Shown here piece by piece: positions 19,543-29,563 of a DNA stretch of 64,000 nucleotides. Where the stretch lies: NCBI GenBank assembly GCA_963704485.1, contig OY969910.1, positions 3,176,138 to 3,240,137 on the forward strand, in the 5' to 3' direction. The stretch comes from an uncultured Acidobacteriota bacterium (lineage in GTDB: Bacteria; Acidobacteriota; Terriglobia; Acidiferrales; UBA7541). A model generated the notes under the pieces. The model ran no database searches. It saw only the letters and a program-made list of their open reading frames with translations, and was not told the origin of the DNA. The stretch's first letter is position 1, and each line of letters begins with the position of its first letter. The position numbers and the translations under genes were made by a program.

Positions 19543-20886
19543 ATGTTTGAAAATTTAACGGAAAAACTACAGCGCACATTCAAAAATCTTCGCGGCCAGG
19601 GAAAGCTGACCGAAGAGCACCTGGACGCGGCGCTGGTGGAGATTCGCGAAGCGTTGCTGGAAGGCGACGTCAACGTCGGCGTGGCTGACGAGCTGCTGAA
19701 GAACATCCGCGAAAAATCGATCGGCACCGAAGTGATGATGCAGCTTTCGCCGGACCAGCAAGTGGTCAAGACGGTCCGCGACGAGCTGACTACGCTGCTG
19801 GGCAAACATGCCAAGCCGCTGTTCGCTTCAAAGCCGCCATCGGTCTGGATGATTGTGGGCCTGCAGGGCTCCGGTAAAACGACCACGACCGGAAAATTGG
19901 CGAAGTGGTTGTCGCAGCACGGGCACCGTCCGCTGGTGGTTTCGACCGACGTGTATCGCCCCGCGGCGCGCGAACAGTTGGCGCAAGTGGCCAAGGCGGT
20001 GGGCACCGCCATCTGGCCCGGAGCGGGAACGGACAAGCCGCTGGAAATTATCAAGGGCGCCATCAAGGAAGCCAAACTTTCCGCCAGCGATGTGATCCTG
20101 GTGGATACCGCCGGGCGCCTGCACATCGACGATTCGCTGATGGAAGAATTGAGCACGCTCAAGAAGGAACTGAATCCCAGCGAGATACTTTTTATCGCGG
20201 ACGCCATGATCGGGCAGGACGCGGTGCGTTCCGCGGGAGAATTTCACAAGCGGCTGGGGCTGACCGGCGTGATTTTGACCAAGCTGGACGGCGATGCGCG
20301 CGGCGGCGCGGCGCTTTCCATCGGGAAAGTTACCGGCGCGCCTGTGAAGTTCGTCGGCCTCGGCGAAAAATATGACGCGCTGGAGGGATTTTATCCGGAG
20401 CGCATCGTGTCCCGCGTGCTGGGCATGGGCGACATCATGTCGCTGATCGAGCGCGCCGAGCAGGCCGTGGATAAAAAAGCCGCGGCGGAGCTGGAGCGCA
20501 AGCTGCGCACCGAAGGCTTCACGCTGGAAGATTTTCGCGATCAGCTGAAACAGATTCGCAAGATGGGACCACTGGAGCAGCTGGTGGACATGCTGCCGAA
20601 AGTCGGGCCGCTGCAAAGTTTGCCGAAAGACGCCAAGGTGGATGAAGGCAAACTGAAACAGGTGGAGGCGATCATCGGTTCGATGACCGACGAAGAGCGC
20701 CGCGACCACAACGTGATCGACGGCAAGCGGCGCAAGCGCATCGCCAAGGGCAGCGGCACCACGGTGCAAGACGTGAATCAGGTCATCAAGCAATACATGC
20801 AGATGCGCCAGATGATGAAGCAGTACGGCGCCATGGCCGCCCGCAGCAAGATGAAGGGTCTGGGTAAGCTGGCAGGCATGTCTTAG
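19543..20886 (+). CDS. ffh: Signal recognition particle protein Ffh
   Basis: MFENLTEKL, GLQGSGKTTT, DVYRPAA, DTAGR, TKLDGDARGG, Met-rich M domain. Confidence 0.98.
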   Translation: MFENLTEKLQRTFKNLRGQGKLTEEHLDAALVEIREALLEGDVNVGVADELLKNIREKSIGTEVMMQLSPDQQVVKTVRDELTTLLGKHAKPLFASKPPSVWMIVGLQGSGKTTTTGKLAKWLSQHGHRPLVVSTDVYRPAAREQLAQVAKAVGTAIWPGAGTDKPLEIIKGAIKEAKLSASDVILVDTAGRLHIDDSLMEELSTLKKELNPSEILFIADAMIGQDAVRSAGEFHKRLGLTGVILTKLDGDARGGAALSIGKVTGAPVKFVGLGEKYDALEGFYPERIVSRVLGMGDIMSLIERAEQAVDKKAAAELERKLRTEGFTLEDFRDQLKQIRKMGPLEQLVDMLPKVGPLQSLPKDAKVDEGKLKQVEAIIGSMTDEERRDHNVIDGKRRKRIAKGSGTTVQDVNQVIKQYMQMRQMMKQYGAMAARSKMKGLGKLAGMS

Positions 20887-20920
20887 GCCTTCCTCCGATT
20901 TCGATCACTACGGTTTTTTT

Positions 20921-21142
20921 GTGTTGACTCCTCCAAAAACCGAAAAGCGCACGCCGGCTACTCTAAGTGCGTTCGGCAATGTGTCCGTGCCGGGCACGCG
21001 CGCCGGCGCCATTGTGTCACTTGGACTGGTGATCATCGCTTGGATAGCGATTCCAGTGGCGCGATTATTTATTGTGGGAACGTGCGGGCTAGGCTTGCTA
21101 GTCGGGCTCTTTTTGTCGTGGCTGCACAGTCGTGAACTTTAG
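20921..21142 (+). CDS. Small hypothetical membrane protein (2 TM)
   Basis: 73 aa with two hydrophobic stretches; fills the intergenic space. Confidence 0.5.
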   Translation: MLTPPKTEKRTPATLSAFGNVSVPGTRAGAIVSLGLVIIAWIAIPVARLFIVGTCGLGLLVGLFLSWLHSREL

Positions 21143-21175
21143 CTCACTCCCTCTTTAACCTGAACCTTCCTGGAA

Positions 21176-22396
21176 CTACTTCGCCGAAACTAGTAGCTCG
21201 TCGGCGATTTGGAGCGCGAGGGTCTCCGGCGTGATGTCGGTGCGGTTGCAGAGCACGATGATGGTGAGGTGGTCGGTCGGGAAGCGCACGATGTAAGAGT
21301 GGAAGCCCTGGGTTTCGCCGTAGTGCCACATGCATGAGTGATTTTTGTATGGATCGAGGAACCACCCGAAGCCGTAGAGTGCGGGGCTGCCTGCGGGACG
21401 ATCGGAGTTAGCGGGCCAGCGCGGCTGGCTGCCATCGGCGAAAGCAAACGGCGTGAGAGCAGGCTGCATTTCTTCTTTGCTGAGAAGTTTGTTGCTGCGC
21501 AGGGCTTCATCCCACTTCGCTAAATCTTCAAGCGAAGAGTAGATGCCGCCGTCGCCCAGCGTGGCGGAAGTGGAGCTCTGGTCGGTTTGCTGCCAGGCGT
21601 TCCCTTCTTTCGATTTTCAGGCGGGTGTGGCCGTAGGCGCGATTGTTGATTTCGTTCTTGCCACGTTCATAGGCCAGCGTGTGCTCCATTTTCACGGAGC
21701 AAAAATGCGCTGGCGTAGGAATTCGCGGAAGGGCTGCCCGGAAACTTTGGCGACGATCAGGCCGAGGACAACGTAGCCGGAATTGCTGTAATACCACTGG
21801 GTGCCGGGCGCGAAACATGTCCGTGATCGGTATACTCCAGCAGCGTGAGAACTTCCGCGTCCTGAATTTGATTTTCCGCCGTCCAATTATGAGGGAAGGG
21901 GTAACTTGAATTCGGCGCATCGGCCTGCTCCATCAGGGTTTCGTAATCCTGCAAGCCGCCGGTGTGATTCAAAAGATTGCGGATGGTGATCGATTTTCCG
22001 TAGGCGGGGAATTCGGGAAATATCTCGGTCAATTTCTGGTCGTAGCGGAGCTTGCCATCGTGAACGAGCAGCATGATGGCCATGGCGGTGAATTGTTTGG
22101 AGCACGACGCCAGCCGAAAGTTGGTGTGCTCGTCGATTTTCGCGTCGGTCTGCAGGTCGCGGACGCCATAACCGCGCTCGAAGATTTTCTTGCCGTCCTG
22201 AACCACCAGCACCGCAACGCCGGGGGAGTGCGGGTTTGCCGACGGCGCGAAAATGGCGTCTATCTTTTGTGTCAAAATTCTAAGATCCACGGATTTCTTT
22301 GCCGGATTTAACGGCTTAACGCTGCGCGATTGTGGTGGAATTCCCAAACATTGATAGCGAACTCACGAAGGTAATAAAAAGCAGCGCAATACGCAT
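21176..22396 (-). CDS. Serine hydrolase of the beta-lactamase/PBP (AmpC-like) family, several apparent frameshifts
   Basis: Signal peptide from ATG 22396, [10 protein letters not shown] (SxxK), [22 protein letters not shown] (YxN), [14 protein letters not shown] distributed over three frames. Confidence 0.85.
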
Positions 22397-22617
22397 TGAT
22401 TCTGCCGGTTTTCGCGGCATAGGAAGATCGCACCTCGTTACAGGCAAATGCGGTGAGCATAACATCGTGTACAGTTTCTGTTCAGCGCGCTGGTCAGCCC
22501 ATTTCCCGTACTAAGGGCTTCTGGCATCCATATTTTAACGAGCACCAGGCCGAGAAAGCCGCTATTATTCCGTCCTCTCGGTCCGCCCACGGGCGGTGAT
22601 TGAGCGTGTTTGCAGGG

Positions 22618-24010
22618 GTGACTTCTGACGTATGACCTCATCGTAATTGGCTCGGGGCCGGGCGGGCAGCGCGCGGCTATTCAGGCGGCCAAAGCCGGGA
22701 AGCGCGTAGCGATTATCGAGAAGCAAATCTTCCGTGGGCGGGGTGTGCATCAATACCGGAACGATTCCCAGCAAGACCATGCGCGAAGCGGTGCTGCACC
22801 TGTCCGGTTTTTACGATAAGAATTTTTATGGCGTGAGCCACAGCAACGGCAATGAGCCGGTGGCAATGTCCGATCTGAATTTCCGCGTGCAGCACGTGGT
22901 GGAAAACGAAGTCGGCGTGATTCAGGACCAACTGCGGCGTAATGGCGTGACGCTGATTCATGGGATCGGAAGTTTTCGAGACGCGCACAACATTCGCGTA
23001 CAGAACAGCAATAGCGTGGGGGAGTTTTCAGCGGACTACGTGGTGATTGCGACGGGAACCAAGCCGGCGGTGAACGCCAAGGTGCCCATCAACGGGCGAA
23101 ATATCATCAGCAGCGATCAGATTTTGACCATGCCGCAGATTCCCCGGACGCTGATCGTCGTGGGCGGCGGGGTGATCGGCGTGGAATACGCCTGCATGTT
23201 CGCCACGCTAGGCGTGCGCGTGATCATCGTGGAAAAGCGCCCGCGCCTGCTGGAGTTTGCGGACACCGAAATGGTGGAAGCGCTGATGTATCACCTGCGC
23301 GACCACCGCGCCACCTTGCGATTGAATGAAGAAGTAGAGAGCGTGGAGGAATTGCCGGACGGCAAAGTGGCGGCGAACCTGGTCAGCAAGAAGCGCGTGA
23401 TCGCGGATGCGCTGCTGTATGCCGTGGGGCGCCAGGGAAATGTGGACGGCCTGAATTTGGAGGCGGCCAATATTTTGTCGGACGACCGCGGCCGAATTAC
23501 CGTGGATGCGGATTTCCGGACTTCGCAGCCGCACGTTTTTGCGGTGGGTGACGTGATCGGATTTCCGAGTTTGGCGTCGGTCTCGATGGAACAGGGGCGA
23601 ATTGCCAGCGCTCGAGCGTTTGGATTGCCGGTGAGCCAGCGATCCGGAAGGGTATCCGTACGGGATTTATACCATTCCGCAGATTTCGTTTATCGGGAAG
23701 ACCGAGGAGCAACTTACCGAGGCGGATGTTCCGTATGAGGTCGGCGTGGCGTATTACCGGGAGATTGCGCGCGGGCAGATCAGCGGGCACACCGAAGGGC
23801 AGATTGAAACTATTGTTTCACCGGGAGACGCTGGAATTGCTGGGCGTGCACATTTTTGGTGAAGATGCGGCGGAATTGCTGCACATCGGGCAGGCGGTGT
23901 TTTTGCTGAAAGGCAAAGTGACTTATTTCGTGAACACGGTTTTTAATTACCCGACGTTGGCGGAGTGCTACAAAACCGCGGCGTTTAATGGGTTGAATCG
24001 GCTGCAGTAA
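22618..24010 (+). CDS. sthA: Soluble pyridine nucleotide transhydrogenase, apparent frameshifts
   Basis: [84 protein letters not shown]. Confidence 0.9.
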
Positions 24011-24160
24011 ATTGCCGTCTGATTGCTGCCGCACATCGAATCACAAGAGCCTGCGAGGGCGTTTAGACGTGCTGATGTATAGCAAACGGTCAGGATGATC
24101 TGCGATTGCCGCACGATGGGTTGGCAGGCTATGATGGTTGGTTCACGGAGGCATGACTTA

Positions 24161-24401
24161 GTGTTGACTATTCGTCTGGCAAGGATTGGCAAGAAGAAGA
24201 AGCCGTTTTATCGCGTGGTGGTGATTGAACGCACCCGTCCGCGCAACGGCCGCGTGAAGGAATTGGTGGGAACGTACGATCCCTTGAAGAAGCCCGCGGA
24301 GATCAAGCTGGACGCCGAGCGCATCAAGTATTGGCTCGGCGTGGGCGCGCAGCCCAGCGATACGGTGCGGAGCTTTCATCAAGCTGCAGAAAATTGCGTA
24401 G
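24161..24401 (+). CDS. rpsP: 30S ribosomal protein S16, one apparent extra base near 24375
   Basis: [20 protein letters not shown]...[15 protein letters not shown]; the corrected end FIKLQKIA stops at TAG 24399-24401. Confidence 0.95.
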
Positions 24402-24538
24402 TTGACTGTTTTTGCGCTGCGGATCGGATGTTCGCAACAATTTTGAGGCCGCACGCGCATTTCGGTAGAAGACACACCGAAAATTGGTCAGGCCCGGCAC
24501 TCAGTCCCCCTAGTGACGGATGCACCCAGGAGCAGACA

Positions 24539-24778
24539 ATGAAGGAACTGGTAGAGACGATCGCCAGGGCCCTCGTGGACCGTCCCGAGGAAGTGCAGGT
24601 GCGGACGGTGGGGGGAACGGGGACGCAGGTTACCGTGCTGGAGCTGCGCGTCCACGCGGAAGATCTGGGCAAAGTGATTGGGCGGCAAGGGCGAACCGCC
24701 AAAGCGATTCGCACACTACTGAGTGCGTCAGGGATGAAATTGCGCAAGCGGTTCACGCTGGAAATATTGGAAGATTGA
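24539..24778 (+). CDS. khpA: KH-domain RNA-binding protein KhpA
   Basis: [14 protein letters not shown]...[20 protein letters not shown]; AGGAG RBS; canonical position between rpsP and rimM. Confidence 0.93.
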   Translation: MKELVETIARALVDRPEEVQVRTVGGTGTQVTVLELRVHAEDLGKVIGRQGRTAKAIRTLLSASGMKLRKRFTLEILED

Positions 24779-25426
24779 GCGACGGGAATCAGAAATTGCC
24801 AGCGATGGATTATAGTGGCGCACATTTTGCGGCCGCGCGGGAATAAAGGCGAAGTCGCGGTACAGCTGCTCACGGATTTCCCCGAGCGGCTGACTAAATT
24901 GAAAGAAGTTTTTCTGGGCGCGCGCGGCGGGTGGAAAATTCGCGGGCGCGTTTGGCGCGATGCGAACCTCGCCTATAGGCGTAAAGTCCTGCTGGCTGAG
25001 CCAGAATCATCGCGGGCAAGGTGTGTTTCATTTCGCCGGCGTCGATTCCATTAACGATGCGGAGAAATATCGTGGGCTCGACATTTTGCTGCCGTTCGAG
25101 CAGCGCGTGACTTTGCCCGCGGGGCAATATTTCGTGGCGGACTTGGTTGGTTGCGCGGTTTTCGAGATGAAGGAATCGATGGCCGGCGGTGGCTTCTTCC
25201 CCTTGCGCGATGGAGAGCGTGCCGCAATTTTTAGGCAACGTGCGGGATGTGCAGTTCCCCGGTGAGGGCGAAGGCCTGCGCGGCACGCCTGTCATTGGAA
25301 GTGGACACCGCGCAAGGGGAGTTGCTGATTCCACTGGCTGAGGATATTTGCAGGCGCATTGATACCGCGGCGCGGCGGATCGAAGTGGTTTTGCCCGAGG
25401 GATTGCGCGAATTGAATGTGGAGTAA
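24775..25426 (+). CDS. rimM: Ribosome maturation factor RimM, several apparent frameshifts
   Basis: [70 protein letters not shown]. Confidence 0.88.
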
Positions 25427-25440
25427 TCGCGCCAAAGATT

Positions 25441-26220
25441 ATGCGATTTGATTTGATCACAATTTTTCCGGAATTTTTTACAGGGCCGCTGGACTTTGGG
25501 ATTTTGCGGCGCGCACGCGAGACCGGAATTGTCGAAGTGCACGTGCAGGATTTGCGGGTGTTTACAAAAGACCGGCACCGCACCGTGGATGACCGGCCGT
25601 TCGGCGGCGGCGAAGGCATGGTGCTGAAACCGGAGCCGCTTTTCGAGGCCGTCGAGCACTTGCTGGGCGCGCCGGTCGGAGACGCGGCTGATAAACGGGA
25701 ACTGCCAACGGGCACTGCGATTGTGCTGCTGTCGGCTTCAGGAACGCGATTCGATCAGGCCACGGCGCGGCGCTTTGCACAGCTCTCAAGAATTATTTTG
25801 ATCTGCGGGCGATATGAAGGCGTGGACGAGCGCGTTGCTGAGCATCTGGCCACGGATGAAATTTCGATCGGCGATTTCGTGTTGAGCGGCGGCGAGTTGC
25901 CGGCGATGTTGATCGTGGATGCGGTAACGCGGTTGCTGCCGGGGTCCTTAGGAAACGAGGCGTCTTCGCAGAACGAATCGTTCAGTGGGGTCGCCGCTAA
26001 ACAAGAAACAGTCGCGGGCAATCGCGGCCAGAATTCAGGCCGGCAAATTTTGCTGGATTTTCCGCACTATACAAGGCCAGCGGAGTACCGCGGCTGGAAA
26101 GTGCCGGATGTATTGGTTGGCGGAAACCACGCCGATGTCGCCACCTGGCGACGAGAAGCCGCACAGCATAAAACGGCCAAAAACCGTCCCGATCTGGATT
26201 CGACAGTTCGCTCGGCCTGA
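25441..26220 (+). CDS. trmD: tRNA (guanine37-N1)-methyltransferase
   Basis: [40 protein letters not shown]. Confidence 0.98.
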   Translation: MRFDLITIFPEFFTGPLDFGILRRARETGIVEVHVQDLRVFTKDRHRTVDDRPFGGGEGMVLKPEPLFEAVEHLLGAPVGDAADKRELPTGTAIVLLSASGTRFDQATARRFAQLSRIILICGRYEGVDERVAEHLATDEISIGDFVLSGGELPAMLIVDAVTRLLPGSLGNEASSQNESFSGVAAKQETVAGNRGQNSGRQILLDFPHYTRPAEYRGWKVPDVLVGGNHADVATWRREAAQHKTAKNRPDLDSTVRSA

Positions 26221-26332
26221 GCCCTGCCCAATTTGTCGAAATGGGTGGCGGGAAAGGTGCCGGATTGGCTATACTTACGGATTGGCCTAGGTGTGCTGGC
26301 CCCGCCTGAGCGGGTCTGCAGGGAATACGACA

Positions 26333-26746
26333 ATGAATCCGATTATTGCAAAATTGCATGAAGCGCAGCTGCGCAAAGATTTGCCCGAGTTTCGGCCTGG
26401 CGACAGCGTTCGCGTGAACGTACGCCTGAAGGAAGGCGAAGGCGAGAAGGAAAAAGAGCGCCTGCAGGCCTTTGAGGGCGTGGTGATTTCGAAGAAGGGC
26501 CGCGCATCAAGCGCGACGTTTACGGTGCGGCGCGTCAGCTTTGGCGTGGGCATCGAACGCATTTTTCCGCTGCATTCGCCGACGATCAGCTCCATTGTGG
26601 TGGTGGGTCGCGGTAAAGTGCGGCGCGCGCGTCTTTATTATTTGCGCGATTTGAAGGGCAAAGCGGCGCGCATCAAGCGTGCGGCGCGTGAAGAGGCTCC
26701 CGCGAATGGAGCGAAGGCTGCTGCGGCCGCTGAAGCCAAGGCGTAG
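26333..26746 (+). CDS. rplS: 50S ribosomal protein L19
   Basis: [51 protein letters not shown]. Confidence 0.97.
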   Translation: MNPIIAKLHEAQLRKDLPEFRPGDSVRVNVRLKEGEGEKEKERLQAFEGVVISKKGRASSATFTVRRVSFGVGIERIFPLHSPTISSIVVVGRGKVRRARLYYLRDLKGKAARIKRAAREEAPANGAKAAAAAEAKA

Positions 26747-26781
26747 TTTGGAAGTTGAAGTTTCGAACTTCAAGTTCGAAA
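26747..26781. terminator. Possible hairpin or terminator after rplS
   Basis: TTGAAGTT-TCG-AACTTCAA with imperfect extension; no clear U-tract. Confidence 0.3.
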
Positions 26782-27013
26782 AGATACGCTTTTACAGCGG
26801 CCATTTATCCTGATGTTCCCACGCTAAAATTCCCGCGCTCAGAGCCTAGAGTGGGACTGGCAGCTTGAAATCCTCAACGTTTTAGTTCTCGCAGGTCCGC
26901 GATAATTTGCCATTTTTGTCGCGCGCTAATCGTACATTGACGTGTGCGTCTGCACGTTCGTCCGCCAGTGTATTGTTACGGTTGTTTTCATTTTTCTGCG
27001 TAAAGGAATCGGA

Positions 27014-28423
27014 ATGATTTTGAGAACCAGCCTTTGTGCTTTAGTCGTTTTTTTAATCACCCTTGCGGCGCGTGCGCCCATCGTTGCGCAGGAAACTGGG
27101 GCCGCTCATCACACGGTGGCGTTGAGGCAGCCCGACGAGCGTTACAAGGCGGATATTTTGCTGGTCGTGGCGCATCCGGATGACGAAGGCGCGGCGACGG
27201 CCTACCTGGCGCGTGCGATTGACGAGGGCAAGCGCGTGGCCGTGGTGTTCGGGACGCGCGGAGGCAGCGGTGCCAACGAAGTTGGCGGCGAGCAGGCGTC
27301 AGCGCTGGCGGCGATCCGCGAAATTGAGGCCCGCCGCGCGGTGGCCATGCTGGGCATCACCAACGTGTGGTTTCTGGATGGCAAAGACACCGCTTCGCAG
27401 AATGTTCTGCAATCGCTTTCGAACTGGAATCATGGCCAGGCGCTGCAGCAATTGGTGCGGCTGATGCGCTTGACCCGCCCTGAAGTGGTGCTGACGTTTT
27501 TGCCGGGAACTTTTGTCGGTGAGGATCACGGCGATCACCAGGCTGCCGGAGTGCTGGCGACCGAGGCGTTTGATCTAAGCGCAGATCCCGCGGCTTTTCC
27601 CGAACAGTTGGCCGGGCCGACCAAGCGGCTGGAATCGCTGCTGGATAATTTGCGGCCATGGCAGCCGAAGAAAATTTATTACTTCCCGGACGCCGACAAG
27701 GAAGATATTTTTCGCGGGCTGGGTCCGCAATATTCGGTGAAGGAAATTTCAAAGTCGTTCAAACATCCGTACTGGCGGCTCGCGCTGGATGGTTACCTGG
27801 CGCACGAGACGCAGGCGAAGTCCTTCGCGGAGTCGGTCAAGGCGATGAGTGACGCGCAAATCGAGAAGATGGTGACGTCGGAATGGGGCGACTCGCAGAA
27901 ATTCGTGCGCGGGAAATCTCTGGTTGGCGGCACCGTCGCTGGGGACATTTTTGAGAATATTACTGCAGATCCGATCGCGTTCGAGAGGGAAGCAGTTTCT
28001 TCCGAAGCGAACCGTCCGGAATTGTCGGTGGAGCTCGCGGGCCCGTGGAGCTTTTATGCGGACTTTCGGCGTGCGCATGGATTGAACCATTTGCCGCATC
28101 CGGAGCCGCCGGAAATTGCCTTGCAGGTTGGCACAACGTTGGTGATTCCGTTGTGGGTGCTGAATCCGACTTCGGCGGCGCAGGAAATCGCTCTGGCGGC
28201 GGATTTGCCGACCGGTTGGGTGCTGCAAAGTGGTGTGGGGAAATTCTCCATTGGCGCGAAACAAACCGCCGCGGCACGCATAGAGATAGCGCTGCCGGCC
28301 AGTGCTGATGCGGTGAAGAAGAGCGAACTTCAGGAAGTGACGCTACGAGCGGAAGCGGGCGGAAAATCTATCGGCACGGTGAAGTTGCGGGTGGAGTTGC
28401 GAAAGCGTTCGCTGCCTCAATAA
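27014..28423 (+). CDS. Secreted PIG-L/LmbE family deacetylase with a C-terminal Ig-like domain
   Basis: AHPDDE and HGDH metal motifs; signal peptide. Confidence 0.88.
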   Translation: MILRTSLCALVVFLITLAARAPIVAQETGAAHHTVALRQPDERYKADILLVVAHPDDEGAATAYLARAIDEGKRVAVVFGTRGGSGANEVGGEQASALAAIREIEARRAVAMLGITNVWFLDGKDTASQNVLQSLSNWNHGQALQQLVRLMRLTRPEVVLTFLPGTFVGEDHGDHQAAGVLATEAFDLSADPAAFPEQLAGPTKRLESLLDNLRPWQPKKIYYFPDADKEDIFRGLGPQYSVKEISKSFKHPYWRLALDGYLAHETQAKSFAESVKAMSDAQIEKMVTSEWGDSQKFVRGKSLVGGTVAGDIFENITADPIAFEREAVSSEANRPELSVELAGPWSFYADFRRAHGLNHLPHPEPPEIALQVGTTLVIPLWVLNPTSAAQEIALAADLPTGWVLQSGVGKFSIGAKQTAAARIEIALPASADAVKKSELQEVTLRAEAGGKSIGTVKLRVELRKRSLPQ

Positions 28424-28552
28424 ATCTCACGGAATTTGGGACGGACAGAACTAGAACAGTATCCAAGGCGCTAGGTGCAAAATGCCCACATGCAATTTGG
28501 GCACACGGGGCACTCCGCGCAAACCGGGCGGAAATCCTTTCCTATTCGTGCT

Positions 28553-29407
28553 TCAAGATTTTTTCTGGCGTGCGGATTCCATGGCTTCCCAGGCGGAATC
28601 GGGCAGTAAGCCGAGGTCGTTGAATTCTCCGGCGCCGCGCAGCCAAAGGCCGCCGTCAATCACCACACACTCCCCATTGATGTACGGGGACATGTCGCTG
28701 ACCAGAAACGCGGCCAGATTGGTGAGTTCTTCGTGGCGCCCGAAACGCTTGAGCGGATGGGAAGTTTTTCGGTGAGCTTCCATTTCTGCGGAAGGCATCA
28801 GGCGGGACCACGCGCCTTCCGTGGGAAATGGTCCCGGCGCGATGGCGTTGAGGCGAATCTGATGTTTGCCCCACTCCACCGCAAGAGATGTGGTGAGCGC
28901 GAGGACCCCGGCTTTCGCGCACGCCGAAGGGACGACGTAGCCTGACCCGCAATTGGCGGCGGCGTAGGTGGTGACGATGCTCAGTACGTGACCGGCTTGC
29001 TTTCTTTCTATCCAGCGTTTGCCGAAAATTTGGGTGCAGTTGAAGCTGCCATTGAGAACGATTCCGACCACGGCATTAAAAGCGTTGGGCGTCAATTTTT
29101 CGGTGCGGGCCATGAAGTTTCCTGCGGCATTGTTGACGAGGGTGTTAATTTCGCCGATTGCGGATTCAGCGGTGCTCGCGGCGGCTTCGACCGCGGCGTA
29201 ATCGCGGATGTCGCACGAAGTGAAGGATGCGGTGCCGCCAGCTTTTTTGATTTCATCACAGACGGATTTTAGAGGCTCGGGGCGGCGGCCAACGATAAAG
29301 ACGCGCGCGCCCAGACTGGCGAAATGCAGTGCCATGGAGCGGCCAAGGCCGGTGCCGCCGCCGGTGAGGAAAATTGATTTGGCTTTAAGCGTGTCTGGTT
29401 GGAACAA
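28553..29407 (-). CDS. SDR oxidoreductase, 2,4-dienoyl-CoA reductase-like
   Basis: TGGGTGLG, NNAAGNF, SACAKAGV, IAPGPFPTEGAWSRL. Confidence 0.88.
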   Translation of the reverse strand: MFQPDTLKAKSIFLTGGGTGLGRSMALHFASLGARVFIVGRRPEPLKSVCDEIKKAGGTASFTSCDIRDYAAVEAAASTAESAIGEINTLVNNAAGNFMARTEKLTPNAFNAVVGIVLNGSFNCTQIFGKRWIERKQAGHVLSIVTTYAAANCGSGYVVPSACAKAGVLALTTSLAVEWGKHQIRLNAIAPGPFPTEGAWSRLMPSAEMEAHRKTSHPLKRFGRHEELTNLAAFLVSDMSPYINGECVVIDGGLWLRGAGEFNDLGLLPDSAWEAMESARQKKS

Positions 29408-29563
29408 CGGTCAGAACCTCGGAGAGCAGAAATTGGTGCTCGTTCATTTGCACCCGGCTACATTTGCGTTTTTGCAATTAGAAAATCACTCGTTAACGCG
29501 ACGAGTGGGAGCACTCGGGTTTTACGCTAAAATTCAGGTCGACAACTATTTAAATTCTTCGCG

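Noticed and set aside
21176-22396. Antibiotic-resistance beta-lactamase or true pseudogene
   Set aside because: Generic serine-hydrolase motifs only, and the indels fall in an error-prone patch that also affects sthA, rpsP and rimM.
24095-24778. Apparent S16-KhpA fusion
   Set aside because: Removing one T near 24375 restores a normal S16 stop at 24401, and khpA has its own RBS and ATG.
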